From: Nitrosopumilus sp.
GTDB lineage: Archaea; Thermoproteota; Nitrososphaeria; Nitrososphaerales; Nitrosopumilaceae
Direction of reading: 5' to 3'
NCBI GenBank assembly: GCA_965197525.1
Contig: OZ240211.1
Coordinates: 2,080,001 to 2,144,000 of the forward strand
Length of the DNA stretch: 64,000 nucleotides
Shown piece after piece: positions 52,699 to 62,609 of the stretch (positions within the stretch are counted from its first letter, which is position 1; each line of letters opens with the position of its first letter). The notes below the pieces were generated by a model. That model saw only the letters and a program-made list of their open reading frames with translations, was not told where the DNA came from and searched no databases. The translations under genes were made by a program, and so were the position numbers.

Positions 52699-53847
52699 TC
52701 ACATTTGATCTATCTCAAGCTGCTTATCATAAAGAAACGCCTGTTCTGGTAATAGTTTTTTTATAATTTTACCTGTATCGCTTGACCTGCCATATTTTGC
52801 TACAATTTCTTTAAACTTGTAAGTCTGATCTTTGTTTTCTAGTTGAGTCAGTTCGTAGAGTCCTTCAAAGACTTCTTTTGTCTTTTCGATAATCACTTCC
52901 ATATCTGCTCCATTGAATTTTTTTATCATCAAACTGATTAATGATTTAATCAATAAAATATCAGTTACATGCTGATATCTTTGATATCTATTATTTCCTA
53001 ATAACTCTGTTGTAAATTTTTCAAATCTTCCTTGGTATGATGAGTCTAATTTGATTTGGTTATCGATCCTTAGAATATCATTTGAAAAGGTGTTGAGATC
53101 ATCTAAAATTTCTTGAAATGTTGGGGCATGGTTTGTAAAATAAGATATCTCATCGCGTGATATCTGTCTAAACGTATCAAAGATTAATTCTAGAGGAAGC
53201 TCTCTTGAAATATTTTTTAGTAAAGTGGCAATGTCATAGATCTGTTTTGGCACGTCTGATTCCCTATTGGAATCTATCCCAATCGTCTTAAATGGAAGAG
53301 TGGTTAATTTATCTCCAATCAAAGAACCATGATCATAAATAGACAGTGGAAAATCTATCGGCAATCCAATAATTTCATCTTCACTGTGAATTAGTTTTGA
53401 CTGTATTTGCATATTGTTATTGTGGAAAATTTCAATTTTTAATTCAGGATTATCCTCAATAGATGATTGATAATTACAGAAATAGGTCAGCAGCGGTAAT
53501 TTTTTGTTTGGGTCTCTTCTAGGATTATGCGGATCCGATATTTTGATCACATCCGCAAGTTTTGCTGAAACTTGTTTCATGGCTTCAATTACTTCGCTTC
53601 TGGTTCGTTTTGTTACAATATCAATATCCACACTCAGTCTTCGCAGTTTTTTGTCAGATAAGTGAAAAGGCACTGCCATTCCTCCCTTTACAACACAATC
53701 CGGAAGTACCTTTTGAATATGTGTTAACATTTCAAAATCCATGATGAATTTTTCTAGCGGCAACAAATCTCTGAATCCGTGTTCTTTTCTTATCGCATCA
53801 ATATTTTTTTTATTTAAAAAATCTTGGAAATGTAATTCAACCATCAT
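52699..53847 (-). CDS. AbiEii-like nucleotidyltransferase (module 3, 382 aa)
   Basis: LEKF, VVKGGMAV, RLSVDIDI, IGDKLTTL and KQIYDI motifs. Confidence 0.82.
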   Translation of the reverse strand: MMVELHFQDFLNKKNIDAIRKEHGFRDLLPLEKFIMDFEMLTHIQKVLPDCVVKGGMAVPFHLSDKKLRRLSVDIDIVTKRTRSEVIEAMKQVSAKLADVIKISDPHNPRRDPNKKLPLLTYFCNYQSSIEDNPELKIEIFHNNNMQIQSKLIHSEDEIIGLPIDFPLSIYDHGSLIGDKLTTLPFKTIGIDSNRESDVPKQIYDIATLLKNISRELPLELIFDTFRQISRDEISYFTNHAPTFQEILDDLNTFSNDILRIDNQIKLDSSYQGRFEKFTTELLGNNRYQRYQHVTDILLIKSLISLMIKKFNGADMEVIIEKTKEVFEGLYELTQLENKDQTYKFKEIVAKYGRSSDTGKIIKKLLPEQAFLYDKQLEIDQM

Positions 53848-55753
53848 TTGTTTCCTCTAGCAGTCGTTCTATATGAGCTGATTTTTTAACAAAGTTACCA
53901 TATCTTCTTAACTCATCAAGATCTATCAGATCATATCTTCTCATTGTTTGAAATATTCTCTTTAATTCTGTTTTATCTAGTGGAATATCATGAGTATAAG
54001 TCTCCACAATTAAATCCACAAATGCTTTTTCAGGTGTTGCAATTGTAGAACCTTTGATCACACTGTACTCTCGTACAGCAATTATTCTATCAATATTTGG
54101 CATTTTCAATAACACACTCAATGAACTGTTATCAAGTTTGTTTACTATGGCAAACCGTTCATTAAACTCTCTGGATAGTAATTCAACAACGTGCTCACCT
54201 CTAGCAGGCAATGTGTGGATGGTATAGACTAGTTTTCCTCGAAAATTATGTAGATAAGATGCCAAGGTAGACAAAGCTGTAAATTGAAATTTGGAACCAC
54301 CATTTTCTTGAAGATATTCATGAAGATCTACTAATTCGTCAGTTAGCTTGTAGTGCTGTATGTGGGGGATTTCTATTTCTCGTTCTCGCACGCCTGATTT
54401 TTTTGGTTTTTCAGACCATTCATCTAGGAACTTGTTGACATCGCTGTTTCTTTGGCTAATCACTTCTTCAAAATTAGGATGTTCTGCAAGTATCTTTATC
54501 TCTGAGGCAATCATTCCAATTAGAAACAATGGGTTTTTTACAAATCTAAAAGATTCATTATCTTTGTTTATGATTACATTTATGTCAGAATTTTGTTTTT
54601 TAACTATGTATAATGGGGAATCTTCAATAGATTGAATGGATATTTTTATCAAGTTTTCTCCTATTTTAGTTTCAAAAGGTTCAGTACTGTTTAACAGTTC
54701 CTTTGAAATATTTGAACGTACACTACGATCAAGGTGTTTGGGAAGTGTATTTTCGTTAAAATAGCCAAAAATCGATTCTACAGATGCAGTACTCTCACTC
54801 TTAGATTTTGATGCACGATAAATTTCTCTGAATTCTTCTGATACCTTGAAAGCATTTTCAACTTCTTCATATTCGGGATCTGCAATGAACTTACTTTTGT
54901 TAAAGTTTACAGGAACGTGATCTAAATTTAACTCTCCGACAATCTTTGCATTTTCAGGGTGTGCCGCAAATCCAAATTTTTCGAATGCTTTTATCAACCT
55001 TCCATTACGAAATAAATTAATTCCGTAATGTCCTTTAATGGAACGTTTTTTTAACAATGCAACATACCCTGTTATTTCTCTTCCTGATTGTAATCTAATC
55101 TGTATTCTTGTTCTACTTCCCTCCGCAACATCTGGTTTTACTGAGTTACAATACACCGTGTTGATTTGAATTGAAACTTGACTTGTTTCCAAATAAGGAG
55201 AATATCTTATTCCAAAACTTTTTTTAAAATTTGAAACCTGATTTGGATATAATGGTATTTGTAATTCAGAGATAGATATTATTGTTCCATGCCAATTATC
55301 CTTTTCAGACAGTGTTTTTTCTGTTATAGTAAAATTTTTCCAGTTCTTGGATTCATCGTTTAGCCAAGTTTTTTCATCATATTTTGCACAATATTCTTTA
55401 TCCGAGCCAATCTTTGAAGTTACTATTACAAACTCTTTTCCCAAAGCTGAACATGCGCTTTTCATTCCAATTCCAAACTGTCCCAACTTTCCGCTTGTTT
55501 TAACTCCCCTTGCAATGGTCATAGCGTTTGTCAGATCGTCCTTGTCCATTCCATGACCATTGTCTTTAATTGTAATCTTTTTTTCTTTGAAATCTACATG
55601 GACGTCAATTTTTTCTCTAGTATCCAAAATTCTTGCATCAATAGAGTTATCTAGTAATTCTGCTATCGCTTGTTCCGTTTTATATCCAACGAGACCTAAT
55701 TTTTGAACTAACGACTTGTCGGGGGTAATGTCTACAGTGATGCCGTCGGTCAT
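53837..55753 (-). CDS. MORC/GHKL ATPase with C-terminal AbiEi-like domain (638 aa fusion)
   Basis: AELLDNSIDA, DNGHGM, GQFGIGMKSA and GT (GHKL boxes); S5-like GINLFRNGRLI and GELNLDHVPVNFNKSKF; C-terminal FQFTALSTLASYL...ATPEKAFVDL; overlaps the AbiEii-like gene by 11 bp. Confidence 0.85.
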   Translation of the reverse strand: MTDGITVDITPDKSLVQKLGLVGYKTEQAIAELLDNSIDARILDTREKIDVHVDFKEKKITIKDNGHGMDKDDLTNAMTIARGVKTSGKLGQFGIGMKSACSALGKEFVIVTSKIGSDKEYCAKYDEKTWLNDESKNWKNFTITEKTLSEKDNWHGTIISISELQIPLYPNQVSNFKKSFGIRYSPYLETSQVSIQINTVYCNSVKPDVAEGSRTRIQIRLQSGREITGYVALLKKRSIKGHYGINLFRNGRLIKAFEKFGFAAHPENAKIVGELNLDHVPVNFNKSKFIADPEYEEVENAFKVSEEFREIYRASKSKSESTASVESIFGYFNENTLPKHLDRSVRSNISKELLNSTEPFETKIGENLIKISIQSIEDSPLYIVKKQNSDINVIINKDNESFRFVKNPLFLIGMIASEIKILAEHPNFEEVISQRNSDVNKFLDEWSEKPKKSGVREREIEIPHIQHYKLTDELVDLHEYLQENGGSKFQFTALSTLASYLHNFRGKLVYTIHTLPARGEHVVELLSREFNERFAIVNKLDNSSLSVLLKMPNIDRIIAVREYSVIKGSTIATPEKAFVDLIVETYTHDIPLDKTELKRIFQTMRRYDLIDLDELRRYGNFVKKSAHIERLLEETNDG

Positions 55754-56247
55754 ATCAAAAGAATTTATATAAAGAATTTAAGCCTTTTTCTTTTTTTATA
55801 TTCATAATGAGCCTACATGTTTTAGATATAAAGTTTGTATATATTGTATAAAATCTAGAAAAATCAATTTTTTATAGATTTATATTCTTACCTTTGATGG
55901 AATTTAATTAGCGTCTCAGTCATGAATCTTATATTATGAATTTCATATGTCTTATTATTTAGATGATTTCAATTAAGGTGTTGATTAACTAAACGTTTGA
56001 TGTACCTAAATACGTGATAATTATCTTTATCCTTTATGGCATTGCAGGCGCTTCTTGCAGTTTTGATCTCTGATTCTTATGACATCTCCATGTGTTTTAG
56101 AGTATCTCGTTCTCGACGTGAATTTACTCTCATAGTCGCTACTAGTAACTCGTTAATATTTTTCCACATTTAGTGTGTACTAAAATCAACATTCTTTTAT
56201 TCGGGCATGCTCGTTACATTTTTAATTGAATCTACAAGTAATAATTT

Positions 56248-57267
56248 GTGGACGAGCCAGACAAAGAACTCTTAAATGAAATTCAGTGGACTTTTCCTTT
56301 GGTTTCACGGCCTTTTGATGCTATTGCTAAAAAATTCAATACGACTCCAGAGAATATCAAAGAACGATTAAATCAACTCAAAGAGATAGGGGTTTTACGA
56401 CAACTCAGCGCTATATTTGATACAAGGCGGTTGGGTTATACCAGTTCACTTGTTGCAATGGAGATAGAACATGATAAACTAGATTATGTCGCCAATCAGA
56501 TTAACCGTCATCCCGGCGTCAGTCATAACTATGAAAGAGACCATCAGTTTAATCTCTGGTTTACACTAGCTGTTCCGCCTGGCTCTGATCTAAAATCTGA
56601 GCTTGAAAAATTCAATGTACTGGAGGGAATCAAAAAAGTAAGAATGCTTCCAACTTTGCAACTATTCAAAATTGGCGTCAAACTAGATATGGTTGATGAT
56701 AAAAAACACGATGTCGCACCTACTGAGACCAAAAAAGAGGTTAGAAATATCGAATTTAATCCTACAGAAGACGACAAGGAATTTATCCGTCAACTACAAA
56801 AAGATTTGCCGATAATCGATGAGCCGTTTACAGAACCTGCAAAAAGCCTAGGATTGACCACAGATGAGCTATTTGAAAAAATGCGATACTATGAAGAGAT
56901 AGGTGTCATGCGAAGATTTGCTGCCATACTGCGACACAGACAGGTTGGATTTACTGCAAATGGCATGATTGTTTGGAAGGTGCCTCCGGATAGAATATCC
57001 CAAGTTGGACAGACGCTAGGAGCATTTCCTCAAGTCAGTCACTGTTATGAGCGACCAACATATGCTGATTGGCCTTTTAATGTATTTTCTATGATTCATT
57101 GTAAAACACATGATGAAGCAAATCAGATGGCAAAGACAATACAAGATCAAATACATGTTGACGAGTATAAGATCCTCTTTAGTTCACGTGAATTCAAAAA
57201 AACACGCGTGGAATATTTTGTAGAGCACTCATTTACACTTGATACCAACTTGGCATCTGTCGTTTAG
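56248..57267 (+). CDS. ahbAB: Tandem Lrp/AsnC-like protein, probable siroheme decarboxylase AhbAB fusion
   Basis: Two halves each with HTH plus VSHNYER / VSHCYERP...WPFNVFSMIH; in the haem cluster. Confidence 0.85.
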   Translation: MDEPDKELLNEIQWTFPLVSRPFDAIAKKFNTTPENIKERLNQLKEIGVLRQLSAIFDTRRLGYTSSLVAMEIEHDKLDYVANQINRHPGVSHNYERDHQFNLWFTLAVPPGSDLKSELEKFNVLEGIKKVRMLPTLQLFKIGVKLDMVDDKKHDVAPTETKKEVRNIEFNPTEDDKEFIRQLQKDLPIIDEPFTEPAKSLGLTTDELFEKMRYYEEIGVMRRFAAILRHRQVGFTANGMIVWKVPPDRISQVGQTLGAFPQVSHCYERPTYADWPFNVFSMIHCKTHDEANQMAKTIQDQIHVDEYKILFSSREFKKTRVEYFVEHSFTLDTNLASVV

Positions 57268-57611
57268 AACTCGTTCTTGTCATGTCCTACTAGGTGTACT
57301 GTACAAAAATACTGGTCATTCATATTGCAATAGTACGACGAGTCTTCTCCACACAAATCACATGGGTATTTTTCATCATGCTCTGATAGTTTGACATGAT
57401 ATGCTTTGTTTTTGTGGGCAGTTACATTATTTTTACCATGACTCGCTGCATCCGGATGATGCATTACGTCTTTATTGCTTGTACTATCTCTACTCTTGGC
57501 TTTTTTAACTACTGCCTTCCATTTTCTATATCTGCCTGTTTTTGCTAGCTCTATCTGCTCTGTCGTATCTGGTGTTTTGTTTGAGTTAGATGATCTGTTC
57601 ATTTTATCCAA
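57264..57611 (-). CDS. Hypothetical protein with C-terminal Zn finger
   Basis: CDLC...YYC...FCTVH motif. Confidence 0.55.
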   Translation of the reverse strand: MDKMNRSSNSNKTPDTTEQIELAKTGRYRKWKAVVKKAKSRDSTSNKDVMHHPDAASHGKNNVTAHKNKAYHVKLSEHDEKYPCDLCGEDSSYYCNMNDQYFCTVHLVGHDKNEF

Positions 57612-57612
57612 A

Positions 57613-58614
57613 TTAGCTGGTTTGAGGTGTTGCCTTTAATTCGTATGAAGGCCATGTGTTGTACAACTCTTCAATCTCTTTCATATCTGATGCAGACACA
57701 TACTCTCCTTTGTTGGTCATCTGGACATAATTGATAATATCTTCCTCGCTTGTTACTGTGGGGAATACTGATGCAAACCCTTTTTTTGTCATGATGAATT
57801 TCATGGCCAGTTCAGTTATCGTCAGTCCAGCTCTGTCTGCAATTGGTCTTAACTGTTCTACTTTTTTCAATGATGCCTTTACCCACTCCCCTTTTCTCAC
57901 TGATCTGTGATCTTTCTCATCAATCTTTGTGTCTGCATTTACCTTGCCAGTTAGAATTCCTGATGCTTCGGGCACCCGTATCAGTATTCCGACATTGGCA
58001 TCTTGTGCCTTTCTCATCAACTCATTGCCTGGGGTTTGCTCTAAAATATTGTAAACTGTCTGAACTGCACTGATGTTTGTTCTGTCCATCGCCTCCATTC
58101 CTTCTTGAGTCCATCCTATTGCAGGACCCAAAGCCACCTGATACGTGGTGACGGTTCCCTGTTTGATAAAACCATCAAGGACGTCAAATATTGAATCATC
58201 CCTAATATGCCTTAATTTTGGGTTGTGTAATCCATACATGTCTAGATGATCAGTCTGCAGTCTTTGCAGGCTGTCTCTTAACGCCTTTTTTGTAAAATCT
58301 TCATCAAATCTTTGTGGCAGTTCACTATGCCCTATCTGTTTGACTCCTGCAAAATCATATCCGTATTTTGTTGATATGACAACCTCATCTCGCATATCTT
58401 TGAATACCTGACCTATCAGTTTTTCACTCTTTCCCATTCCATACATGTCGCCTGTCTCAAAAAAATTAATTCCAAGATCATATGCTTTTTTTAGCATTCT
58501 TTTTGCTTCATCTTCTTCAATTTTTTTACCCCACCAGTCAAGCGCAATGGACCATGCGCCGAATCCTAATTCTGACACTTTGATATCGGTCTTTCCTAGT
58601 TTATTGTATCTCAA
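57613..58614 (-). CDS. Aldo/keto reductase
   Basis: LGFGAW, GINFFETGDMYG, STKYG, LHNP and YNIL motifs. Confidence 0.93.
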   Translation of the reverse strand: MRYNKLGKTDIKVSELGFGAWSIALDWWGKKIEEDEAKRMLKKAYDLGINFFETGDMYGMGKSEKLIGQVFKDMRDEVVISTKYGYDFAGVKQIGHSELPQRFDEDFTKKALRDSLQRLQTDHLDMYGLHNPKLRHIRDDSIFDVLDGFIKQGTVTTYQVALGPAIGWTQEGMEAMDRTNISAVQTVYNILEQTPGNELMRKAQDANVGILIRVPEASGILTGKVNADTKIDEKDHRSVRKGEWVKASLKKVEQLRPIADRAGLTITELAMKFIMTKKGFASVFPTVTSEEDIINYVQMTNKGEYVSASDMKEIEELYNTWPSYELKATPQTS

Positions 58615-58810
58615 TTTGTTTCTCTCTTTAGTCTGAGATATTTTTTGGGTATTTAAAAACTATCTTTTGGTAGCTGTATAGTTTTTTGAAGTTCATGACT
58701 ACAATAAGGAAATTTACGCTCAAACTTACATCTCTCATAAAACAGATAGTGATGATTGGTTGATATGATGTGCGTAGATCCTAGTTTACTTCAAAAAATT
58801 ACACAATTAC

Positions 58811-59059
58811 TCAAATATCAATTATTTTTTCAATGTCTTGAATTTTTTGTGGATTCAAAGAATATTGCTTTCCATAACTTGTAGGATGATTCAAAATAAG
58901 ATTCAGTCTGACTAGTTTTTTTATTGCTTTTTCAACATTTCCTTTTTCATTTGATGAAAAACTTCTTTTTAGGGAATCAAGTGATGTATGTTTTGCGCCA
59001 ATGTATCTGTGATAAAACATTTTTCTGAGTATTGCCTTACCAGGCTTGTCAAGAGCCAT
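58811..59059 (-). CDS. Small basic winged-helix-like protein (82 aa)
   Basis: YIGAKHT...AIKKLVRLNLI..HPTSYGKQYSLNP helix-plus-wing pattern. Confidence 0.7.
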   Translation of the reverse strand: MALDKPGKAILRKMFYHRYIGAKHTSLDSLKRSFSSNEKGNVEKAIKKLVRLNLILNHPTSYGKQYSLNPQKIQDIEKIIDI

Positions 59060-59105
59060 TATGTAATGAAATACATAACACTGTATTTAATTATTATGTA
59101 ATGAA
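59058..59105. promoter_or_regulatory. Putative operator: 13-bp direct repeat plus 7-bp inverted repeat between divergent wHTH genes
   Basis: ATTATGTAATGAA at 59058 and 59093; TTATGTA-N6-TACATAA at 59059-59078, touching the start codon. Confidence 0.6.
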
Positions 59106-59155
59106 TTACTCTGTAATAGATAAAATATTATATATTAAAAACATTATACAAAAGT

Positions 59156-59494
59156 ATGAAAGAAGATAAAGAGATAGGAGCACTTCAGAGTGTCTTTCCA
59201 TGCTCTGAATCAAAGATATTAGATCATATGATACCAATGAAAGATTTTGACTATTCCATTACTGAGATTTCTAAAATATCTGGCATTGGGTTTAAGACAA
59301 CTTTGGAGATAATTCACAAAATGGAATCTCAAGAGGTGTTCAAGCATATTCGAGATGTAGGGCGCTCAAAGATGTATCAGTTTGATGACAAGTCTCAACA
59401 AGGAAAATCGATTGAAAAAATGGCATTTGAGATTGCAAAAAGGAGAATTTACAAAACCATTGGTCAACAAAAGGAGGAGAAAATAAAAAAATAA
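59156..59494 (+). CDS. Winged-helix transcription regulator (112 aa)
   Basis: KILD...DYSITEISKISGIGFKT...IRDVGRSKMYQF. Confidence 0.8.
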   Translation: MKEDKEIGALQSVFPCSESKILDHMIPMKDFDYSITEISKISGIGFKTTLEIIHKMESQEVFKHIRDVGRSKMYQFDDKSQQGKSIEKMAFEIAKRRIYKTIGQQKEEKIKK

Positions 59495-59687
59495 TTTTAC
59501 TGTAAATTATGTCAAAATTAATAATAGAGATTATGGGCAATCTAGATTATGCATAATTTATTCAAACCTAACAATTGATCAATTTTAATCTTTTGTATTA
59601 CCATCACACATGTTTTTTGTCTATGATGATATGCTGTTTATGTATATTCTATCATCAAAATTTGCTATTTTTTTATTGTTTTTGGGC

Positions 59688-60359
59688 TTACCCCAAACTA
59701 GAAATTAATGGCACAACATCTTTTTTGATGCACACGATCATAGGTATGTCATTTTTAACATATGTGGATACTTGCGTCTCTCTTAACTCCATGATGAGAT
59801 CCTGGAAATCTCTGATGTCATCTACTTCAAATGCCAACATAAAGTCTTCATCATGTATGCCAAACGAGTATGTTGTATTGAGAACAATTTGTGGATATTT
59901 CTTGCTTACAGCTATATGCTCGTCCATTATCTCTTGGCGTTTCTCTTTTGGTAATAGGTACCACTCCCTTGTCTTTGTAAATGGGTATACGATAACATGT
60001 TTTTTTGGCTCATTCTGTGCAAGAAATCCTGCCGGTTTTTGTTCTTGTATGTATAGTGACGGTCTAGTACATGACAGATATGTTCTTGATGGAATAATGT
60101 ATTTTCCAAATACTGTTGTGTATATTTTCTCAATCGCTCTTTGGATCTCTTCTACTGTCTTTGCTGCAAACCAAAACATAAAATCTGCATCATCTCTCAA
60201 TCCTAGATTCGAATATGATCTGAACATTATCTTAGAGTTCTTCAGTACGGTCTCAACTTCTTTGGCTGATTCTTCTTTTGCCAAATCTGCCATCCACCTC
60301 CATTTGGGGTCTATTTTGAAAAATGAGAAGTTAAAATAGTATTGTTCATCTTCTGACAT
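59688..60359 (-). CDS. Chlorite dismutase / coproheme decarboxylase (Cld/ChdC) superfamily haem protein
   Basis: YPFTKTREWYLLP, IMDEHI and TYSFGIHDEDF motifs. Confidence 0.88.
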   Translation of the reverse strand: MSEDEQYYFNFSFFKIDPKWRWMADLAKEESAKEVETVLKNSKIMFRSYSNLGLRDDADFMFWFAAKTVEEIQRAIEKIYTTVFGKYIIPSRTYLSCTRPSLYIQEQKPAGFLAQNEPKKHVIVYPFTKTREWYLLPKEKRQEIMDEHIAVSKKYPQIVLNTTYSFGIHDEDFMLAFEVDDIRDFQDLIMELRETQVSTYVKNDIPMIVCIKKDVVPLISSLG

Positions 60360-60421
60360 ATTTGTTTAATCTTATTAACCCTAATTTAAACAACAAAACA
60401 AATGTAGGTGTGAGTTAAACC
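60344..60421. repeat. Copy A of a 78-bp direct repeat (cld start and upstream region)
   Basis: Matches 62610-62687 with 4 mismatches. Confidence 0.97.
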
Positions 60422-60719
60422 ATGCCTAGCCGGCCACATCTGCACTAGAAATATAGTCTCTCATGTGTAATGGCAGATCTGTTTGGAGAAAATGAGCAAT
60501 CAAATTTGGATAATCTTTATGATGATGTAAAGTCAAAAATGACAAGTAGTAAATAACAAGTTGCGAGAAGAGTGCACTGAAATCCAAGGTAGATATAATC
60601 ATGATAGGATATCCGTACTTTTTTATAACTAACACTAAATCTTTCTCTATACTACCAATAGTTGATGAATCGTTTACACAAATATCAATAAAAAATATCT
60701 TTATCGCACAAAAATTAAT

Positions 60720-61685
60720 CTAAAATCTCAGTTTTCTATTTTTATCTTGAAATTTTTTAAATTTCTCTTTTAATAAACCCCTGAATTTTTCTAAATCAAA
60801 CGTAATAGTACCATGAATTGCAGTCTCTCCATCTTCTATATTTGCATATATCTTTAAAATAAACAGATCTGGTATTGTTAGTCCTATCTTAGAATACGCC
60901 ATCTCATAAAGTCTAAGTGACGGAGTAATCGTATCTACCTTACAATTTGCTGACGGATCAATGATTATCAATCTTTGAAGTTCAAGCAAAAATTTTGGAT
61001 CTTGTATTTCTAGAAGTGTCCTCTGAAATTCTAGTAAAAATTTTCGGGCATTTTCTTTTTCTAATGCCATTTTATCGGACTTTGCTATTTTGTTTCGAAG
61101 TGCTTCTGTCATTAAAGAGTTAATTTCATCTTGCGGTAAGATATGATTAATTCTAAATTCTATGTTTCTAACTGCAAATGACGTAAAATCTGAATACCAC
61201 ATCCTTGCATAGTCTAAAACTAACTCAAAATCTACAATTATTTTCCCATCTTTTATTGAATTTACGCTACTTACCTGTCTGTGAACTAGTTTATCAATAA
61301 GATCTGATGAAAACCTAGTCCTAAAAATTATAATCACTAAATTAGATTTTACATCTGAAAAAATTCTTGGAAAATCTATAGTTAATTTATTATCGTTCCA
61401 TCTCATTAATCCCATATCTATTAGGTTTTCATTACTCATACCTGTACCTGTCGCCTCTAACGCTTCAAGAGTAATTTTTTTCAATGTTTTTGATCTGAGA
61501 AAATTTTTAAAAGTGGTAACTCTGGATTTTTGATCACCCATATTCAAATCAATTCTGTATTCTACCTCTTTTCTTGCTTGATAAATTACAATACCTTCAT
61601 GCGAAATAATTTTTTCCGATTTTAGCTTCTGAACAATATTTGTAGCGCTACCTAACAAACCATTTACAAGTGCTATGTCTAACAA
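60720..61685 (-). CDS. Orphan protein (321 aa), no recognised domain
   Basis: Long AT-rich ORF, 7 bp downstream of its partner. Confidence 0.8.
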   Translation of the reverse strand: MLDIALVNGLLGSATNIVQKLKSEKIISHEGIVIYQARKEVEYRIDLNMGDQKSRVTTFKNFLRSKTLKKITLEALEATGTGMSNENLIDMGLMRWNDNKLTIDFPRIFSDVKSNLVIIIFRTRFSSDLIDKLVHRQVSSVNSIKDGKIIVDFELVLDYARMWYSDFTSFAVRNIEFRINHILPQDEINSLMTEALRNKIAKSDKMALEKENARKFLLEFQRTLLEIQDPKFLLELQRLIIIDPSANCKVDTITPSLRLYEMAYSKIGLTIPDLFILKIYANIEDGETAIHGTITFDLEKFRGLLKEKFKKFQDKNRKLRF

Positions 61686-61692
61686 TTTATTT

Positions 61693-62472
61693 TCAATTCG
61701 GAATCATAAGAAGACGAGTTTTTTGTTTTTCAATCTGTTCAGAGATAGGAATTGTTTGGTCACTCTCACATTCAATTATTATTGGGATTTCTTTAAGAAC
61801 ATCTTCGTATTTTGTATTATTGACATCATAGTATGTTGCTCCCATTCTTATCATGCCATTTCCTTTACCTTTAATTGATATATTCTGAACAGGTGGCTGT
61901 TCTGATTTTAATGCAATCTCTTTTAATTCGGGATTATTTCTTGTAATTTCAACTGTTAGATTATCTGTTGTTGTGAGATCGATAAAGTAAGACAAGTCAT
62001 ACAGTGCAGCCGTCCCAACATACTTGATCTTCATTGAGAATTGTTCAGGCTGAGGACTATATCTTGATATTTGTATGCTGTCTGGTGTTGCTTTAAGAAC
62101 TTTGAGCATTGGTCTAGTTACAACGTTTTCACAATGAATTGTTTGGACCTTTTTTCCATAAACAATATCTATCTCATAAGATATCTTTCTTTCACTAGAT
62201 GGAATTGTTGTATAACGTGAGGTAAATCCAAAAAACCCATCAATCTGAATCATGTTTTTAGGAATAGTGATTTTTCCATCCCATGTATCGTCATTTTTAC
62301 ATATTTCTTCATTAATATTGAACAAACGAAACACCTCAATATCTGCCTCATAACGAAGAATAATTTTATCAAAAACTACACCTTTTTTCCATTTTATCCA
62401 ACAGGATGAATGTTCTCTAGGTAAAACTTTAGGACTAATGTATTTGTCAGTAATTGATATTATATTTTCCAA
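61693..62472 (-). CDS. Orphan protein (259 aa), beta-strand-rich
   Basis: Long AT-rich ORF with alternating hydrophobic strand patterns; no signal peptide seen. Confidence 0.8.
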   Translation of the reverse strand: MENIISITDKYISPKVLPREHSSCWIKWKKGVVFDKIILRYEADIEVFRLFNINEEICKNDDTWDGKITIPKNMIQIDGFFGFTSRYTTIPSSERKISYEIDIVYGKKVQTIHCENVVTRPMLKVLKATPDSIQISRYSPQPEQFSMKIKYVGTAALYDLSYFIDLTTTDNLTVEITRNNPELKEIALKSEQPPVQNISIKGKGNGMIRMGATYYDVNNTKYEDVLKEIPIIIECESDQTIPISEQIEKQKTRLLMIPN

Positions 62473-62609
62473 TTAATATAAAATGAATATTGTACTTAAT
62501 TAAAGGTTGTGTGGTATCTAGTTTATTGCATAACTCCGAATCTCGGGCACGAAATGCCTGTTCTTCAATAACTGTCTAGGCACGTTTGAGTGGGTTGTGC
62601 AACTAACTA

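Noticed and set aside
59575-60339. 254-aa plus-strand ORF
   Set aside because: Antisense shadow of the well-supported cld-like gene.
56248-60359. Co-location of ahbAB-like and Cld/ChdC-like genes as a novel hybrid haem pathway
   Set aside because: Both families are commonly encoded by ammonia-oxidising archaea, and the sequence alone cannot assign the Cld-family protein's activity.
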